A stretch of 64,000 bases of DNA from Somniosus microcephalus. Its lineage: Eukaryota. A program made the position numbers and the translations under genes. The notes under the pieces were generated by a model. The model saw only the letters and a list, made by a program, of their open reading frames with translations, made no database searches and had not been told where the DNA came from. The DNA is taken from positions 34,658,001 to 34,722,000 of the forward strand of contig CM126204.1 in NCBI GenBank assembly GCA_052327205.1, given 5' to 3'. Every line of letters begins with the position of its first letter. Positions within the stretch are counted from its first letter, which is position 1. Below are positions 63,301 to 64,000 of the stretch, one piece after another.

Positions 63301-64000
63301 AAGTCTTTCTTTTAACAGCGCCGCTGGTGACTCCAGCGTCGCGCGGTGCCACCTCGTGAGGCGGCTTCTCCCCACAGTACCAGGGGCAGAGCGTCAGCCA
63401 GAAACACAGATGGGGCGGATTCCATAGCGCCCAGAGCCAACACGTGCCCATCCGCTGCTACTTGCTGTGTGACAGGAATGTCGATCGCAAGCTGTAAACT
63501 TGAGATGTGAAGAAGGACAGCGTAGGCAAGTGGGGGGGGGGGGGGTAGTGGCTTGGTAGGACACTGAGAAAGTGAGGGCAGAGGCAGCATCCCCCTACTC
63601 CCCATTAAGGAGCAATCCTAGCATTCCACATGCAACTACCAGTCAATCAAGCAGGACGAGCAGCCGGGCTCTACAAGACAACTCGCCTAAGGCTGCCCTC
63701 AGAAATTACTGATGTTAACTGGCAACAGCTACAAACCCCTCCTCGTGGGCTTTGCCTGCCCTGGATTGCAATTCGATTTTAAGAAGCCCGAGCTCACTTT
63801 AATAAGCAGGCGTCAGACAGCGTAAGTTTTATTCGTAGAGCTCTGAAAAAACACCAAGCACCCCGTCTTGGAAGATTTTCAAAGCAAGAGGAGCCAGAGC
63901 CTATAAAGCACGCAAGGCCCTGGGAATAACCCTGCCATTAAATGTTACCTAGTACTACCTCAGGCAGGGTCAAGCAATGTAGGGCAGCTCATGTGAAAAG

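Overview
This is a vertebrate genomic window, almost certainly from a cartilaginous fish (it carries HE1-type V-SINEs, SacSINE1-type Deu-SINEs and shark-like CR1/L2 LINEs). It lies inside the minus-strand CRIM1 gene (cysteine-rich transmembrane BMP regulator). Three coding exons are resolved to the base: 18212-18454 (243 nt), 13937-14057 (121 nt) and 12689-12810 (122 nt). They splice in frame and correspond to human exons 3-5. No other CRIM1 exon was found, so about 99% of the window is intron, dominated by transposable elements and four minisatellites. The long ORFs in the track are mostly minisatellite or TE artefacts. The most interesting structures are: (1) a 229-bp solo-LTR family in four copies with 5-bp TSDs, TATA box, poly(A) signal and a CTCF-like motif, two of which bracket exons 3-4 in inverted orientation and are a candidate back-splicing driver; (2) a young, internally deleted Gypsy element with a related LTR nested in its own 3' LTR and an inverted LTR fragment at the deletion junction; (3) Penelope fragments with degenerate hammerhead-ribozyme cores; (4) LF-SINE-like elements. 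I see no convincing new protein-coding system. The best novelty candidates are regulatory or RNA-level and remain hypotheses.
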